Notes under the pieces: model-generated
Told to the model about the DNA's origin: nothing
The model's database searches: none
Seen by the model: only the letters and a program-made list of their open reading frames with translations
Translations under genes and position numbers: made by a program
Shown here: piece by piece, positions 36,847 to 49,869 of the stretch
How positions within the stretch are numbered: the stretch's first letter is position 1
Layout: every line of letters begins with the position of its first letter
Origin: Mobula hypostoma
Taxonomy: Eukaryota
Direction: 5' to 3'
NCBI RefSeq assembly: GCF_963921235.1
Contig: NC_086108.1
Span: forward strand, 4,588,001 to 4,652,000
DNA: 64,000 nt

Positions 36847-38341
36847 CAAGGTTCGGGGGTGTAGATTTAGGACGGAGATGAGGAGGAATTACTTTTCCCA
36901 GAGAGTGGTGAATCTGTGGAATTCTCTGCCTAATGAATCAGTGGATGCTATCTCAGTAGATATATTTAAGACAAGATTGGATAAATTTTTGCATAGTCGG
37001 GGAATTAAGAGTGATGGGGAAAAGGCAGATGGGTGGAGATGAGACCATGGCCAGATCAGCCATGATCTTACTGAATGGCAGAGCAGGCTCGATGGGCCAG
37101 ATGGCCGACTCCTGCTCCTGTTTTTTGTGTTCTTATATTAAGTACCCCATGACTATTGTAACATTGCCCTTTTGGCATGCATTTTCTATCTCCCATTGTA
37201 ATTTGCAGACACATCCTTACCATTGTTAAGGGGTCTGTATCCAACTCCCAACATGGGCTTTTTACCCTTCCGGTTTTCTAACTCTATTCACAATGATCCA
37301 ACACCTTCCGAACCGATGTCACCTCTTTCTAATGATTTGATTTGATTTTTTCCCAACAAAACATCGCCACCCCCTCTTGCCTTCCTGTCCTTTCGATACA
37401 ATGTGTATCCTTGGACATTAAGCTCCCAGCTATAATCTTCTTTCAGCTATGATTCAGTGATGCTTACAACATCATACATACCAATCTGTAACTGTGCCAC
37501 AAGTTCATCTACCTTTTTCCATATACTGCACCCTTCCAAATATAACACCTTTGGTCCTTTTCGATTTTGTCCATCTTTTACACTGCAACTCATCCTGTTG
37601 CCTGTGATTTTGCCCCTCAGCAGCCGGTCCTCACTACACTTTGCCTGTCTGTGAACTATTTTACCTTCAGCACCATTACCCACCTTTCCTACTATATTTC
37701 CTGCATTGAAACATAGCTCAAGGCACTCGTCGCACCATGCTCAACCTTTTGACTCCTAACTTTGTCCAAGGTCTTGCCAAAATCTGCCTGCACAACCTCT
37801 CCACTAACTGTCCTGGCACTCTGGTCCCCACCCCCCGGCAAATCCAGTTTAAACCCCACCGTGCAGCATTAACTCTGGTTAGGCCACATGAGGAGCATTG
37901 CAAACAGTTCTGGTCACCGCACTATAGGAAGGATGTTGAAGCTTTGGAGAGGGTGAAGAAGAGCTTTATCAGGATGCTGCCTGGTGTAGAAGGAATGTGC
38001 TAACATGAGAGGCTGGACAAATTTGGGTTTTTTCTCTGGAGAGTCGGAGGCTGAAGGGAGATCTGATAGAGGTTTGCAAGATTATGAGAGACATGGAGAG
38101 TGTAGACGGGAATATGTTTTCCAGGGTTGAAATGTCTAATACCAGGGCATGCACTGAAGGTGAGAGGGGGTAGGTTTTTCACTCAGAGAGTGGTGGATGC
38201 CTGCAATGCACTGACGTCTGGTGGTAGAGGCAAATACATTAGAGGCTTTTCAGAGACCTTTGGTTAAGCACAGAGCTATAAGGAGGATGGAGGGATATGG
38301 GCATGGTGTAGGTAGGAGCTGTTTCATCAGAGGTCATCCAA

Positions 38342-38730
38342 GGGGACCACAATCTTGTTGTAGGGTTTGGAGGACTGCATGCCTCAATGACCCAGAGAGC
38401 TATGTTTTCTGGAATCCAGGCTTTATGCTTTGGCTCTTGGTCGGGTCACCCATGCCAAACAGGTCAAAGGGTAGAGGCCAGACTAAGAATGGTCTTCCAG
38501 ATTTTGGCATTCAAGCTCAAGGCTAACATACCTGACTAGTAAGACAAAAGTGTTACAGGAACAACAATGAAGAATCCTTCTACATCTGAGTGTGATGGTA
38601 TTCCTGAGTCTCCACCTGGGACCTGGATGACTGACAGTAGTGAAAACAGAGCTACTGAGACAATGAAGGAAGCCCTGAACACGGCCAGAGATGGAGGATC
38701 TTCACTGATTCCCTAAACAGCAGCCGCGTA
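38342..38730 (+). mobile_element. RTE-clade (Expander/Rex3-like) 5'-derived repeat
   Basis: The motifs ctcaatga.cc.ag.agctatgt and gggtcacccatg.caaacaggtc resemble recalled RTE 5' UTRs. Confidence 0.55.
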
Positions 38731-41328
38731 AAAGACGTTACTGCACGAACAAAGTCACTGGAGAGAAGTACTGGTAGATATGAATCAGTCTCTTCATTTG
38801 ACAAAACGAGATACAGCAGGCTTCATATTGAGACCCCTTTTGGAGGAAGAGGCCTGCTCAACCTAATGCTGCACGTTTTATCTGCTAAAGATCAAACGAC
38901 AATTCCATATTTACAATGCACCCACAATGCTTCCTTGGAACTGCACACAACCTTCACATCTCCCTCGTCACACCCACCCAATAGACATCTAAATGCATTT
39001 TAATCAGCATCGCCTGGCTTTCCCATCGACTGTAATTCATGACTTTAGGAACCCATTGTCCAGAGCTACATTTTAAATTTAATCTACTGTCTCTTGTCAT
39101 ACTTGAAGATTAGTGGCTGAAGTCAGTTGCTGAAGTTATTTGCTCTATGTGCTAACCCCCCAAAACGCCCTAAGTACCTTACTTAGTCCGAGCTGGGTGC
39201 AACTGAAAAAGAAACTGTTTAACTGTAAGTTGACAGTTTAGAAATAAATTGTAGTTTGTGACTTTGTGAAAGTTTTTTTTAATTTAATTTCCCAGATACA
39301 TGCCAAAAGAACAAAGTAAACGATGATTTATCGGTGGAAAAGCTGAATCAAAACAAGTACAAATTAAATAGAAATCTCAGTTGAAAGCATAAAGTCTGTA
39401 TAAAATGTGAAGATAAAAGATAAGTTACACACCATTCAACGAGAGGACATGTCCTGAAATCAATAAATCACATCAATAATCCTACAGACAAAAATGTACA
39501 CTGGAAAATGGGCACCACATAATAAACAATAAAATTCAAGACTTTTCACTTCTTTTGTACACAAATATTACAAAGAAAGCCAAATTCCAAGTAAACTTTA
39601 TTTTTAAGACATTGATGGTTGCAACTGTGACACTTGGAACATTTTGCATCCAGAGTGAAATTTAAGTCGTCGTATAAATGCCCTTTAAAATCCCGTCTCT
39701 TTAGAGTCCAGTTTATGCAAGAAACCTCAAATGTGCATCGGCTAACGTGCTGTCACGTACATGTAGAGGGGGGCTGCATTGTCGCGGTGGGAACAGTCGA
39801 GGGAGCGCAAAGCGTTTTTTGGTTCAAAGAATAAACATTAATTGCCGTACGTGGATGTTCACTGGTGTTCTCATCTTTAATTCAGGGTGCACACACCACC
39901 ACCAGGTGTTTCCACGTGCACACACAAACATTCACACATGTAGTGCATGCACTCCCACACCTCCAGACATGCAATGCATACAACACTCACATGTGCATGC
40001 AGACACGCACATGTAAAGCAATGCATGTACCTTCGTCCTCTCTCTCTCACACACACTGACAAGCATACACCCTCTCTCTCTCTCACTCACACACACACAC
40101 ATTCTCAAGGACACTGAAGCTAATTTACTGGTAAATCTATTTATTTATTTATTGAGATACAGCAGGGGACAGGCCATTTCAGCCCCTCAAACTGTGTCAC
40201 CCAGCAATTCCCCAATTTCATCCTAACCTACTCACGGGACAATTTACAATGACCAATTAACCTACCAACCAGTACGTCTTTGGACTGTGGGAGGAAACTG
40301 AAGCACCCGGGGGAATTTAATCCCAGCCTAATCACTTGACAATTTGCAGAGACCAATTAACCTAGTTAACTGGTACGTATTTGGACTGCAGGAGTAAACT
40401 CACGCAGTCACAGGAGGGGAGGTACAAACTCCTTACAGGCAGTGGCAGGAATTGAACCCGTGTCGCCTGTACTTTAAAGCGTTGTGCTAAAGGTGTCAAT
40501 TACATATAAATTACAGAACGTTTGGGCTCCACCACAAAGCTTAATTATCCCCTCCCTCCTCGGCACACTGTTTGGGCCCTTCATTCTCGGTGTGACTGCT
40601 GAATCGGTTAAAGTGACTGTCTCTCTCTCTATCACCAGCTCCCCTACCCCCAACACATCAGCACCAAACCTCCCCTCCCATACTCCTCTCAACTGTTCAC
40701 AATTTTGTCTTACACAGACAGGCTGCCGGTGAGTTTCAGCTTGCACTGCAAGCTTTGGGGGGGGGAGGGTTGCAATGTTCGATTGATCACTGCGATGTCC
40801 AGGTCTTCCATTCAAATGTACAGCTCCCCTAAGTCTTAGTGTCCTGCTGCTGTGTATTCCTTATGGGAGTCCCCCAGTCCCCTAATATGGAATATGCCAA
40901 AGAGGAAGTGGTCACTCACCTACCTGCCTGGAAAATCGGATCGAGTGTTGGTAGACTGATGTGTCCCAAATTCCTGTGTTACCTTCAAAGGACACTGAAG
41001 GATTGAAATGTCTAATACCAGAGGACATACATTGAGGGTGAGAGGGGTGAAGTTTTTTTACTCAGAATGGTAGGTGCTTAGAACGTGCTGCCTGGTCTGG
41101 TGGTAGAGGCAGATACATTAGAGGCTTTTCAGAGATGTTTGGATAGACACATGGATGTGAGGAAGATGGAGGGATATGGACATGGTGTAGGGAGGAGTTT
41201 GGGTGGTTTTGATTTGCATATCACCTGGTTCGGCACAACATTGTGGGTCAAAGGGCCAGTTCCTGTGCTGTTCCGTTCTATGTTTTCATAATTCTCTATG
41301 ACTCTGAGCACACGTGCCACTGATGTTT

Positions 41329-41378
41329 ACACACACACACACACACACACGCACACACGCACACACACACACACGCAC

Positions 41379-41428
<50 letters not shown>
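41329..41428. repeat. (CA)n/(CACG) microsatellite in the putative 3' UTR
   Basis: Directly visible. Confidence 0.95.
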
Positions 41429-41429
<1 letters not shown>

Positions 41430-42434
41430 TTCTTACTGCGGTATTGCAAGGCCAAGTGAATGGAAGCCAACTGTTAAATTAGCCTCGATAGGATGGTGGA
41501 GGTGACCGACACGCCGAACGTCCCAACTCTCCTTTGTCTTACAGTCTCAAACCAGTGCCACAAGCACTCTAGACCCAATAGTCCTTGCCTGCTGGTGGCT
41601 AACCACAACGTTGCCATTGCCAGGGCTGTCTCCCTCCATTTCCACCGTGGAAAGAACGGCTGGGTCATGGCACGCCACTTGGAAAGGTCTGGCTCATCTT
41701 CCATGGTCACTGGGTCCCTCGCCAAGACAGCTGCCACAAAGGCCATAGGAGATCAAGGGGTCAGCTCATCACCATCTTCTCAAGGGCAATGTCATGCCCC
41801 AACTGAGCAAATTATTGCAAGAGCCCAGATGAAGAGGAAATCATGTCCAACAACATTCCCAAGAAGAACTGAACCAAATGCTTCGCTCAACCAGTTCATG
41901 ATGTCTACTTCATCCTTGAACATCACTCCCCTAATGCAGCGTCTGCAGTGGTAACCCCACCATTCCAGATCAAGGTCATCGATCCACAATATTCAGTAGT
42001 CACCGATAAACCTTCACAATTTCAAATGCAATTTGTACGATTTCAAATTTTAAAAAATCTAAAACAATTTATACAAATATAGTGTACACAAAGAGCATTT
42101 ACATTTACCAGTTTAAATTTCCTGAGACATCCTAAATGCAAATTTTCTAGAAAATAATTTAGGCTGCGCGAGAAAGTGCTTTTAATTACTTCCTATATTT
42201 TCATTAGATCAGGATACCCTTGTTGTCTCAGTCCAAAATATTAAATTTTTTATATTGGAAACAAAACCCTTTGATCAACATTTTCAAATAAAATTAAATA
42301 GCTTACTGAAATACATCGACAGTGTGGAAAACTGTACAGGTGACAAGGTCTTAGCATTACGACTGGATTGTACGTGATAGGCCAACAGTGGACTTAAATG
42401 AGCCACCTACATCAGAGATTAACTGGCTGACTGC

Positions 42435-42605
42435 ATCCCTGATCCAATCTCTCTCCGTCCCAAAACCCTGATCCAATCCCTCTCCATCCCCAATCCCTGA
42501 CGCAATCTCTCCATCCCATTTCTGATCCGATCTTTCTCCGTCCCCGTCCCTCGATCGATTTCTCTCTGAACCTCATCCCTGAACTAATCTCTCTCTGTCC
42601 ATCCA
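42435..42605. repeat. Degenerate repeat of about 25 bp (ccctgatccaatctctctccrtccc), about 6 copies, in the putative 3' UTR
   Basis: Directly visible. Confidence 0.7.
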
Positions 42606-43879
42606 ACCTCTGAACAAGGAGAAGGCTGGAGAGATGAAGGGCGCTTTGATCTTTTATTGTGGCCGCTGCTGGGTGACAAGATCTCCAACCAGAGAAAGCA
42701 ACACTCATTCATAACACAAAGCGTTTGCAAGAGTCTTTCCCGCAAGGGGTTGGAGGGGGGAGGATTTGGGAGGAGGGTAGACAGGGTCATGGAGCAGAGA
42801 TGGAGAGGAAACCCTGGCCAACTTCACATCCTGTCACCCAGCACCACTGTCAAACCTGGACTATTCCAATCCACGCAGATTCAGATTTAGTCCAGTCAGT
42901 GTTCTTTCCTCAAGTTCATTATTTTCGAATCAAAACCACGTGAACTTTGCAAGATGATATTGAATATCAGAGGCTGTCAATTGGAACTGGCCTGTGTTCT
43001 CAGGTTGGGAAAGGGGCCAAATGAGAATTAAAAACTGGGAAACACTGACTCTCTGGCCAGAGGGTTAAAAAAGTTTTTATAAAGATTAAAGATTAGCTTT
43101 ATTTGTCACGTGTACATCAAACCATACAGTGAAACATGCCATTTGCATCAACGGCTACCACAGCTCAAAGACGTGCTGGCGTGCGAGTGTTGCCACGTTT
43201 CCAGCACCAACATGGCATGCCCACAATTTAGTAATCCTAATCTATGTCTTTGGAATGCGGGAGGAAACCGGAGCATCTTGAGGAAACTCACGTACAATCA
43301 CGGGGGTGGGTGGTGGAGAATGTACAAACCCCTCATAGGCAGCTGCGGGAGTCGAACCCCGGTCGCTGGCCCTATAAAACATTACTCCAAATGCTATGCT
43401 ACCTGATGAGGTCCGGGGAGGTAGGCGAGGGGGAATGCTTTCATAAACTGAATTTAAGACTAGCTAAAAAGGGCGACAGAACAGTCATTCGTGCAAGTGA
43501 GGAAGTTATTTTCCATTGAGCTTGCATCACCTTGGCTGCCGTTGGGGGGCAGCAGAGAGCTGGAAGGAGAGAGACTAACAGGCTCTTGTGGAAACCGGAG
43601 AGGAGGGTTGGACAACATGGGCGATACTGAAACACTTGCACTGGCTGACATTAGTACTGGGGCAAGGTTTTGCAGGACTGAGCAGTGAAAGCCTGAAACC
43701 TGTAGGCAACACAATTGCAATCTAACACTGCTCTCCCGCAGTGCATGCCTGGAAAGGACCACCTCAGACTAGTGACAAACTGACGGTTGTGGAATCTCCC
43801 AGGCTGGGTAGTCACTCTGTAATACAATCACAGGGAAACTCTAACAGGTTTGGGTTCGTTGTGGACAGCGCGGCTGGTG

Positions 43880-44023
43880 TCACTTCTTATCCATCGTGCT
43901 GGAAAACAGTTCGGCAAATTTCCTCAGCTGTTCGGTGGCGGAGACGGACTCCTCCTGGAGACGCTGGTTGTTCTCCCTCAGGTTTGCAACTTCAGCCTGC
44001 AGCACAAACTTATCCTCCTTCTC
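43880..44023 (-). CDS. SIPA1L3: SIPA1L3 last coding exon: EKEDKFVLQAEVANLRENNQRLQEESVSATEQLRKFAELFSSTMDKK*
   Basis: Acceptor tcttcctctctccag; 144 nt ending in TGA at 43880-43882. The coiled coil matches the SIPA1L family C-terminus (NNQRLQEES...EQLRKFAE). Confidence 0.95.
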   Translation of the reverse strand, partial: EKEDKFVLQAEVANLRENNQRLQEESVSATEQLRKFAELFSSTMDKK

Positions 44024-44026
44024 CTG

Positions 44027-44216
44027 GAGAGAGGAAGAGAGAGAGAAGGTGAGATGAGAGAAGGAGAGAGTGAGAGTGAGAAAGAGAGAAACAGGGAGGG
44101 AGAGAGAGAGATAGACAGACAGACACAGGGGAGAGAGGGGGAGGGGGGAGGGGAGAGAGGGAGAGAGAGACAGACACAGGGGAGAGGGAGACAGCAAGGG
44201 AGGGGAGACAGGGAGG

Positions 44217-44252
<36 letters not shown>

Positions 44253-44290
44253 CAGGGGAGAGAGGGAGGGAGAGGGGGAGGGGGAAACAG
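44027..44290. repeat. GA-rich low-complexity tract (CU-rich in the pre-mRNA) abutting the last SIPA1L3 acceptor
   Basis: Directly visible. Confidence 0.9.
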
Positions 44291-46085
44291 TACCAAAGAG
44301 AAAAGAAAATGAATGGATACAGAAATGAAAGAGATGCAGGTGGAAAAGGTGGAAAGAGGCATGCAGTGTGCTCTGAAATACCGATAATCAAAGGAGGAGT
44401 TGAACATACAAAGTGATGGATTATGCCCAGCGCTGGTTTTCTGTGGGTTACCAGACTGCTGGGACGATGCAGAGCTTGTGACCTCTCTGTCCAGTGGGTG
44501 GTACAGAGGAGTGATCAGCCAGTCTGGCCTCCTGCACTTCAAGACTTCACCACTGTCTGTATGGCGTTTCCTCCGCATCTTGCGAATTACCAAAGGAATA
44601 CTTCAGTCAGGATGAAGTCTTGGCAGATGACGAGAGCTTGGGGAAAAAAATTCCCACAGTCCACAAAAGGATATATCGGAAACACATCCTGGCTTTTAAA
44701 TCTCACTCCAATGTTACAGCAGCCCCAGGGCAGGCAGTGACTCAGCTGAATGCCTGACACAATTCCCCAAGTATTCCCGCAGCATAATTATGAAGCAATG
44801 TGAAGTAGGTGGCCGTATTCTCCAAAGGAACAACCACATGTGGACACGCTTTCTAACGGATTTATTTAACCCCAGACTGAGGCCCTGCAGGCCAACCTGC
44901 GGGATCTTGGGGTCCACTTGCACAGATCCCTCAAAGTTGGTAAGGTTATCCAGATGGCGTATGGTGTGTTGGCCTTCATTTGTCAGGTGACTGAGAGCCA
45001 CGAGGTAATGTTGCAGCTCTGTGAAACCCTGGTTAGACCACACGTGGAGTATTGTGTTCAGTTCTGCTCACCTCACTATAGGAAGGATGTGGAAGCTTTA
45101 GAGAGGGTGCAGAAGAGATTTACCAGGATTAGGGAGTATATCTTATTAGGTGGAGTAAGGCTTTCCACTTTGGAGAGAATGAGAGTAGAGGTGTACAATA
45201 TGGTAAGGTAGTGTGAACAGCCAGAAACTTCTTCCCACGGCAGAAATGACAAGGAAGCATAATTTTAAAGTGACTGGAGGAAAGTATAGGGAGGCTGGAA
45301 AGTGCTCTGTAAATAAGTATTAGTATTAGTTGTATTAAATGTGCTCTAGCAAGCCAATCAAGAGATGGACTGGGATAAGAAAGCCAGGATACGTGCCTTC
45401 TGGGTTTGGCCTCGTGCGACCCTGTGGACGGCCCGGTTCCTTGCTGGTGTCACTGACTGCAGCGTCGCGGGCGATCAGTACACTGGAACAGTGAGACAGC
45501 AGGTGCGGCTGTCGGGGGCCACTGCACTCGGGTGATCAGCGGTGAGACAGAGTTTGTTGCTGATTCTCAAGTTGGGGGAAGTACGCAATGCTACAGACTG
45601 TAACATCGAAACAGTCTTATTAGAGCCTGAAGGATATCAAACTGTTGGGATGGACGGTAGTGTCTGATGGACTCTAGGTCGTGGTCTCCTTGGGGGCTTT
45701 GCTATTGCTTGCATGACTGGTGGTGGGATGGGGCTGATGCTTTCGCTGTAGCAAGAGGGGTGGGGCTGGGGCTTTGCTGTTGCTTGTGTGTGGGAGGGGG
45801 AGGTGGGGCTTTGTGGTTCTAACGTTTTTCTGTTATTGATCCTTTGGGATTTTCTTCTGTTTCATGGACGTCTGTGAAAGGTATGAATTTCAGGTTGTAT
45901 ACCGTATACGTTCCCTGATATTAAATTGAACATTGGACATGTCCTTTTGTGGGATGTGGGAATTCTCCCCCCCACCTCCCCCCCAGCACCAACTGAGAGA
46001 TGGATTCCCAGATGCCCATGAGCAAGTATGGTTGATCCCCGTCACTCCCCACAGGGATGGTAACAAATGTTCTGAGGTCTCTCAC

Positions 46086-46167
46086 CTTCAGCAGATCGTC
46101 TTGCAACTGCTTCAGCTGCACCTCGAGCTGGTAGACCTTCCCGGAAAGCACTAACGCTGGTTCACTG
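46086..46167 (-). CDS. SIPA1L3: SIPA1L3 penultimate coding exon: (S)SEPALVLSGKVYQLEVQLKQLQDDLLK, start of the terminal coiled coil
   Basis: Acceptor gttctctgttgcag (tandem CAGCAG), donor AAG|gtgaga; 82 nt, phase 2 to 0. GKVYQLEV matches SIPA1L3. Confidence 0.95.
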
Positions 46168-48679
46168 CTGCAACAGAGAACACCTTTATTACATTCACAA
46201 TGGATTCATTCCGTTGCCGCACGTACATTGAAACAGTGTGAAATGCATCATTCGTGTTAACAACCAGCATACCCAGGGCAGCTCACAGTCCTCGAATGAT
46301 AGAAAATCACCACACAGAAACAGGCCATTTGGCTACCTAGTCCATACCAAACCGTTTAACCTGCCTATTCCCACCAACCTGCATAACAAGTGCCGCCCAC
46401 ATATTCTGGCGCCAACGTAGCATGCCCACAATGTTCCGCAGAACAACATAAGACATCAAGGGCAAAACAGGCCATTTCCACCCCCCACCCCCAGCCGTGC
46501 AGACAGACAGGCATCCAACCCCAGTTCAGGTCACCGTCAGGCCTCCAGTCCTTGTTCCCGAATTCTCAAACTCAAACTACCAGGCCTCTAATTTCAGACT
46601 TTACCGCACCGCAGGGTGCCGATCACAGCTTTGACCTTCAGGCCTCACAATGGAATCCTGACCCCAGTGACCCTTCGGATTCACGTGGGCCTCAATCAGT
46701 CAGCAATACATCCTGGGTCTCAGAAACTTCAATCCCACTCTACAGATTACAGAACAAAATCCAGGCCCACTCGTCAGGTGGCTTGGTAGTCTAGCAGTTA
46801 GAGTAACGCTTCACAGCGCCAATGATTGGAAGATTAGGGATTCAATTCCCGCCCCTGACTGTGAGGAGTTTGTACGTTCTCCCCGTGACTGCGTGGTCCC
46901 ATCTGGGTGCTCCCGTTTCCAAGGATGAACAGGTTTAGGTTAGTAAGTTGTGGGTATGCTATGCTGGCACCGGGAGCATTGGGACACTTGCAGGCTGCCC
47001 CCAGCAAATAACATCAATCTTTCTTTCTACCAGGGCTGGTGGTAATGGCAGATGACAGAGGCCCACAGGGGGTAATGTGCATGGAATAGGGGGATATGGA
47101 TCATGTGCAGGAAGAAAGGGTTAGGTGTCAGCAGCTCAATTATTTTGGTGTTCCATCGGGGTCTGAAAGGACCGTTCTGTGTACTGAGGGAGTACTGACC
47201 TTTTGAGATACCGTCTTTCAGATGACAAATTAAACATTTTAATTCTAATTCCCATTCCTATTCCGATGTGTCGGTCCATGGCCACTTCCTTGTGCCAAGA
47301 TGAGGCCACCCTCAGGGTGGAGGAGCAGCACCCTATCTTCTAACCTGATGGCTTTAATATTGATTTCTCCTTCCGGTGAACAAATTTCCTCCTGTACCTT
47401 CTCTATTTCCCACTCCAACACTTCACCTCTTCTCACCTGGCTATTACTCCCCCCCCGGATCCTCACCTCCTTTCCTTTCTCCTATTCTCCACTCTCCGCT
47501 CCGATTAGATTACTTCTTCTTCAGCTCTTGGCCTTTCCCATCTGCCTGGCTTCACCCATCACCTTCCAGTTAGGCCCTTTGCCCTCCCCCCACCCCATCT
47601 TTTTTATTCAGGCATCTTCCCCCTTCCTTTGCACTCCTGAAGAAGGGTCTCGGCTGCTTATTCACCCCCTTCGATGCTGCCTGACTTGCTGAGTTCTTCA
47701 AGTATTTTGTGAGTGTTACATAGGTGTTTACTTTTTTTCCTGGGTAAGATTCCATCACCAAAGACTGCCAAGCGAGTGATTCTCAGAGCTTCTAACTAAC
47801 CATCACTGAAACAAATGAAGGGTCTCGGCTTGAAACGTCAGTTCTTTATTCCTCTCCTTTGTGTTCTTCCACCGTTTAGTGTGTGTTAATCCAGTAAAAG
47901 AGGACTTCTTGTTTCAGTGAACCTTTTTCTCAATCTCCCCCTCTGCTATTTGTTCCCTCCCGGGATATTACATGGCTGCAGAGGAGAAGGTGACAAGAAA
48001 GGCTTGCCATTACCAATCAACCCATCCAGTCCGTGCCAGCCTGTTACTCTGCCTTGTCCCGTCACCCCACACCTGGACCACACCCTCCGTACCCCATCCA
48101 AACTTCTCTTAGATGTTGCAGTGGAACCTGCATCCACCACTTCTGTTGGAAATTCGTTTCACACTCTGAGTGAAGAAGTTCCCCCTCAGGTTCCCGTTAA
48201 ATATTTCACCTTTCACTCTTCACCCATGACCTCTAGTTCTCAGTGCAGGAGATGACAAGAAAGATCCTTCTATACCTTCTAGTTCTAGAAGGTGATGAGA
48301 AAGATCTTGGCCATTAGAATAAGAGCAATTGGCCATATTCTGGCCTAGAATTCTGCACGAGAACTCCCAAGTCCTTTTGCAGGATTAAGTCTGTTATCGG
48401 CGGCAAAGAAAATTTTGTAACCCCCCGCCCCCCATGAATATTGACGCTGCAGAGGTAATACTGACTGACTCCCCACCTCCACAGCTGTGGGTATCACCAG
48501 CTTTTCAAGATTGTTTGCTGTCATTCTTTAGCACATGAGTGTAAAAGAGAGATCATTACTTTGGATCCAATGCAGTGTAAAAAAAAACACAATATGCAAA
48601 AAAACAATAATAATATAGTACAAAAAAAGCACAATAAATACAAAAGCAATCCTATAACTGTTTAAGTGCAGTGTATGTT

Positions 48680-49265
48680 GACAAATTTCTCTAGATATGT
48701 AGTGGAAAGTGTATTGACTGGCTGCATCACGGCCTGCTATGGGAACTCCAGTGCCTTTGAATGGAAAGTCCTCCTGCATTTGGCCCAGTACATCACAGGT
48801 AAAGCTCTCCCTAGCATTGAGCACATCTACATGAAACATTGTCGTAGGAAAACAGCATCCATCATCAGAGATCCTTGCCACCCTCTTTTCTCACTGCTGC
48901 CATCAGGTATAAGGTACGAGAGCCTCAGGACTCACACCACCAGGTTCAGGAAGAGTTACTACCTCTCAACCATCAGGCTCTCGAACAGAAGGGGATAATT
49001 ACACTCACTTGCCCATCCATTGAGATGTTCCCACAACCAACGATCTCACTTTAAGGACTCTTTATCTCATTTTCTCATTATTTAATACTATCTATTTATT
49101 TATTTGCACAGTTTGCTGTCTTCTGCACTCTGGGTGATCTTTCATTGATCCTGTTTACAGTCACTATTCTATAGATTTGCTGAGTATGCCCGCAGAAAAA
49201 GAATCTCAGGGTTGTACATGGTGACATATAAGTACTCTGATAATAAAATTTACTTTGAACTTTGA
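48680..49265 (+). mobile_element. Rex1/Babar-type 3' fragment; similar copies at about 7255-7830 (-), 8540-9160 (-), 14635-15200 (-), 17120-17770 (+) and 57940-58560 (+)
   Basis: VESVLTGCITACYG...FSLLPSG.RY.S..THTTRFR.SYY C-terminal motif and a shared 3' UTR. Confidence 0.75.
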
Positions 49266-49869
49266 ATATACGTAAGATTGGCTTATATACAGAGATTGAT
49301 TGTATTTTTAAAAATTTTAATTTAGAAACACAGCACAGTAGCAGGCCCTTTCAGACTAATGAGCTTGCGCCGGCCATGTGACCAATTAACCCCCTAACCT
49401 GTACGCCTTTTTGCAATGTGGGAGGAAACTGGAGTTCCCCGAGGAAATCCACGTGGAAACGGGGAGAATGTACAAAAAGTCAGGGTGTCGGGACTGGAAG
49501 CGAGGGACAGGGAGCTCAGCTTGCTGCTCGGCTCTGCGCTGAACTATGGACTGTCTGTGGACTTCAGTTCAGAACGTTATTTGCTTGTGTGATGTTTTTT
49601 CACTCTCTGCACATTGGGTGTTTGATGGTCTTTTTTAATGGGTTGTTTTGGGTGCTGAGGGGCTGTGTAGAGGAGTAGCTGATATGGATGTAGAATTCCA
49701 CACCGGTAGTGACCTTCCTTCGCTCAGAGTTTGGGTCTCACCTCAGCTTTACAGTGTTGAACCTTCCCCCCAACCTGTCAGGCTGATCAACACCTCCACC
49801 CAATAGCCCCTATCACCACTACAACCACATCAGCCACTCTGTGTACTCTATGTACTTAGAATCAATATT

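Larger units (their letters stand above)
39260..43879 (-). other. SIPA1L3: Putative long 3' UTR of SIPA1L3, with candidate ATTAAA poly(A) signals near 39278-39288
   Basis: Mostly unique, TE-poor sequence downstream of the stop, with AU-rich UTR-like blocks (about 42000-42350 and 39250-39650) and tandem ATTAAA on the minus strand. The end point is inferred. Confidence 0.5.

Noticed and set aside
41474..41989. Overlapping ORFs of 65-153 aa in unique sequence
   Set aside because: No recognisable domains or splice structure, and they lie in the putative 3' UTR.
43880..44593. 237-aa ORF as a single-exon gene
   Set aside because: Only 43880-44023 is homologous to SIPA1L3; the rest is read-through of a low-complexity intron.
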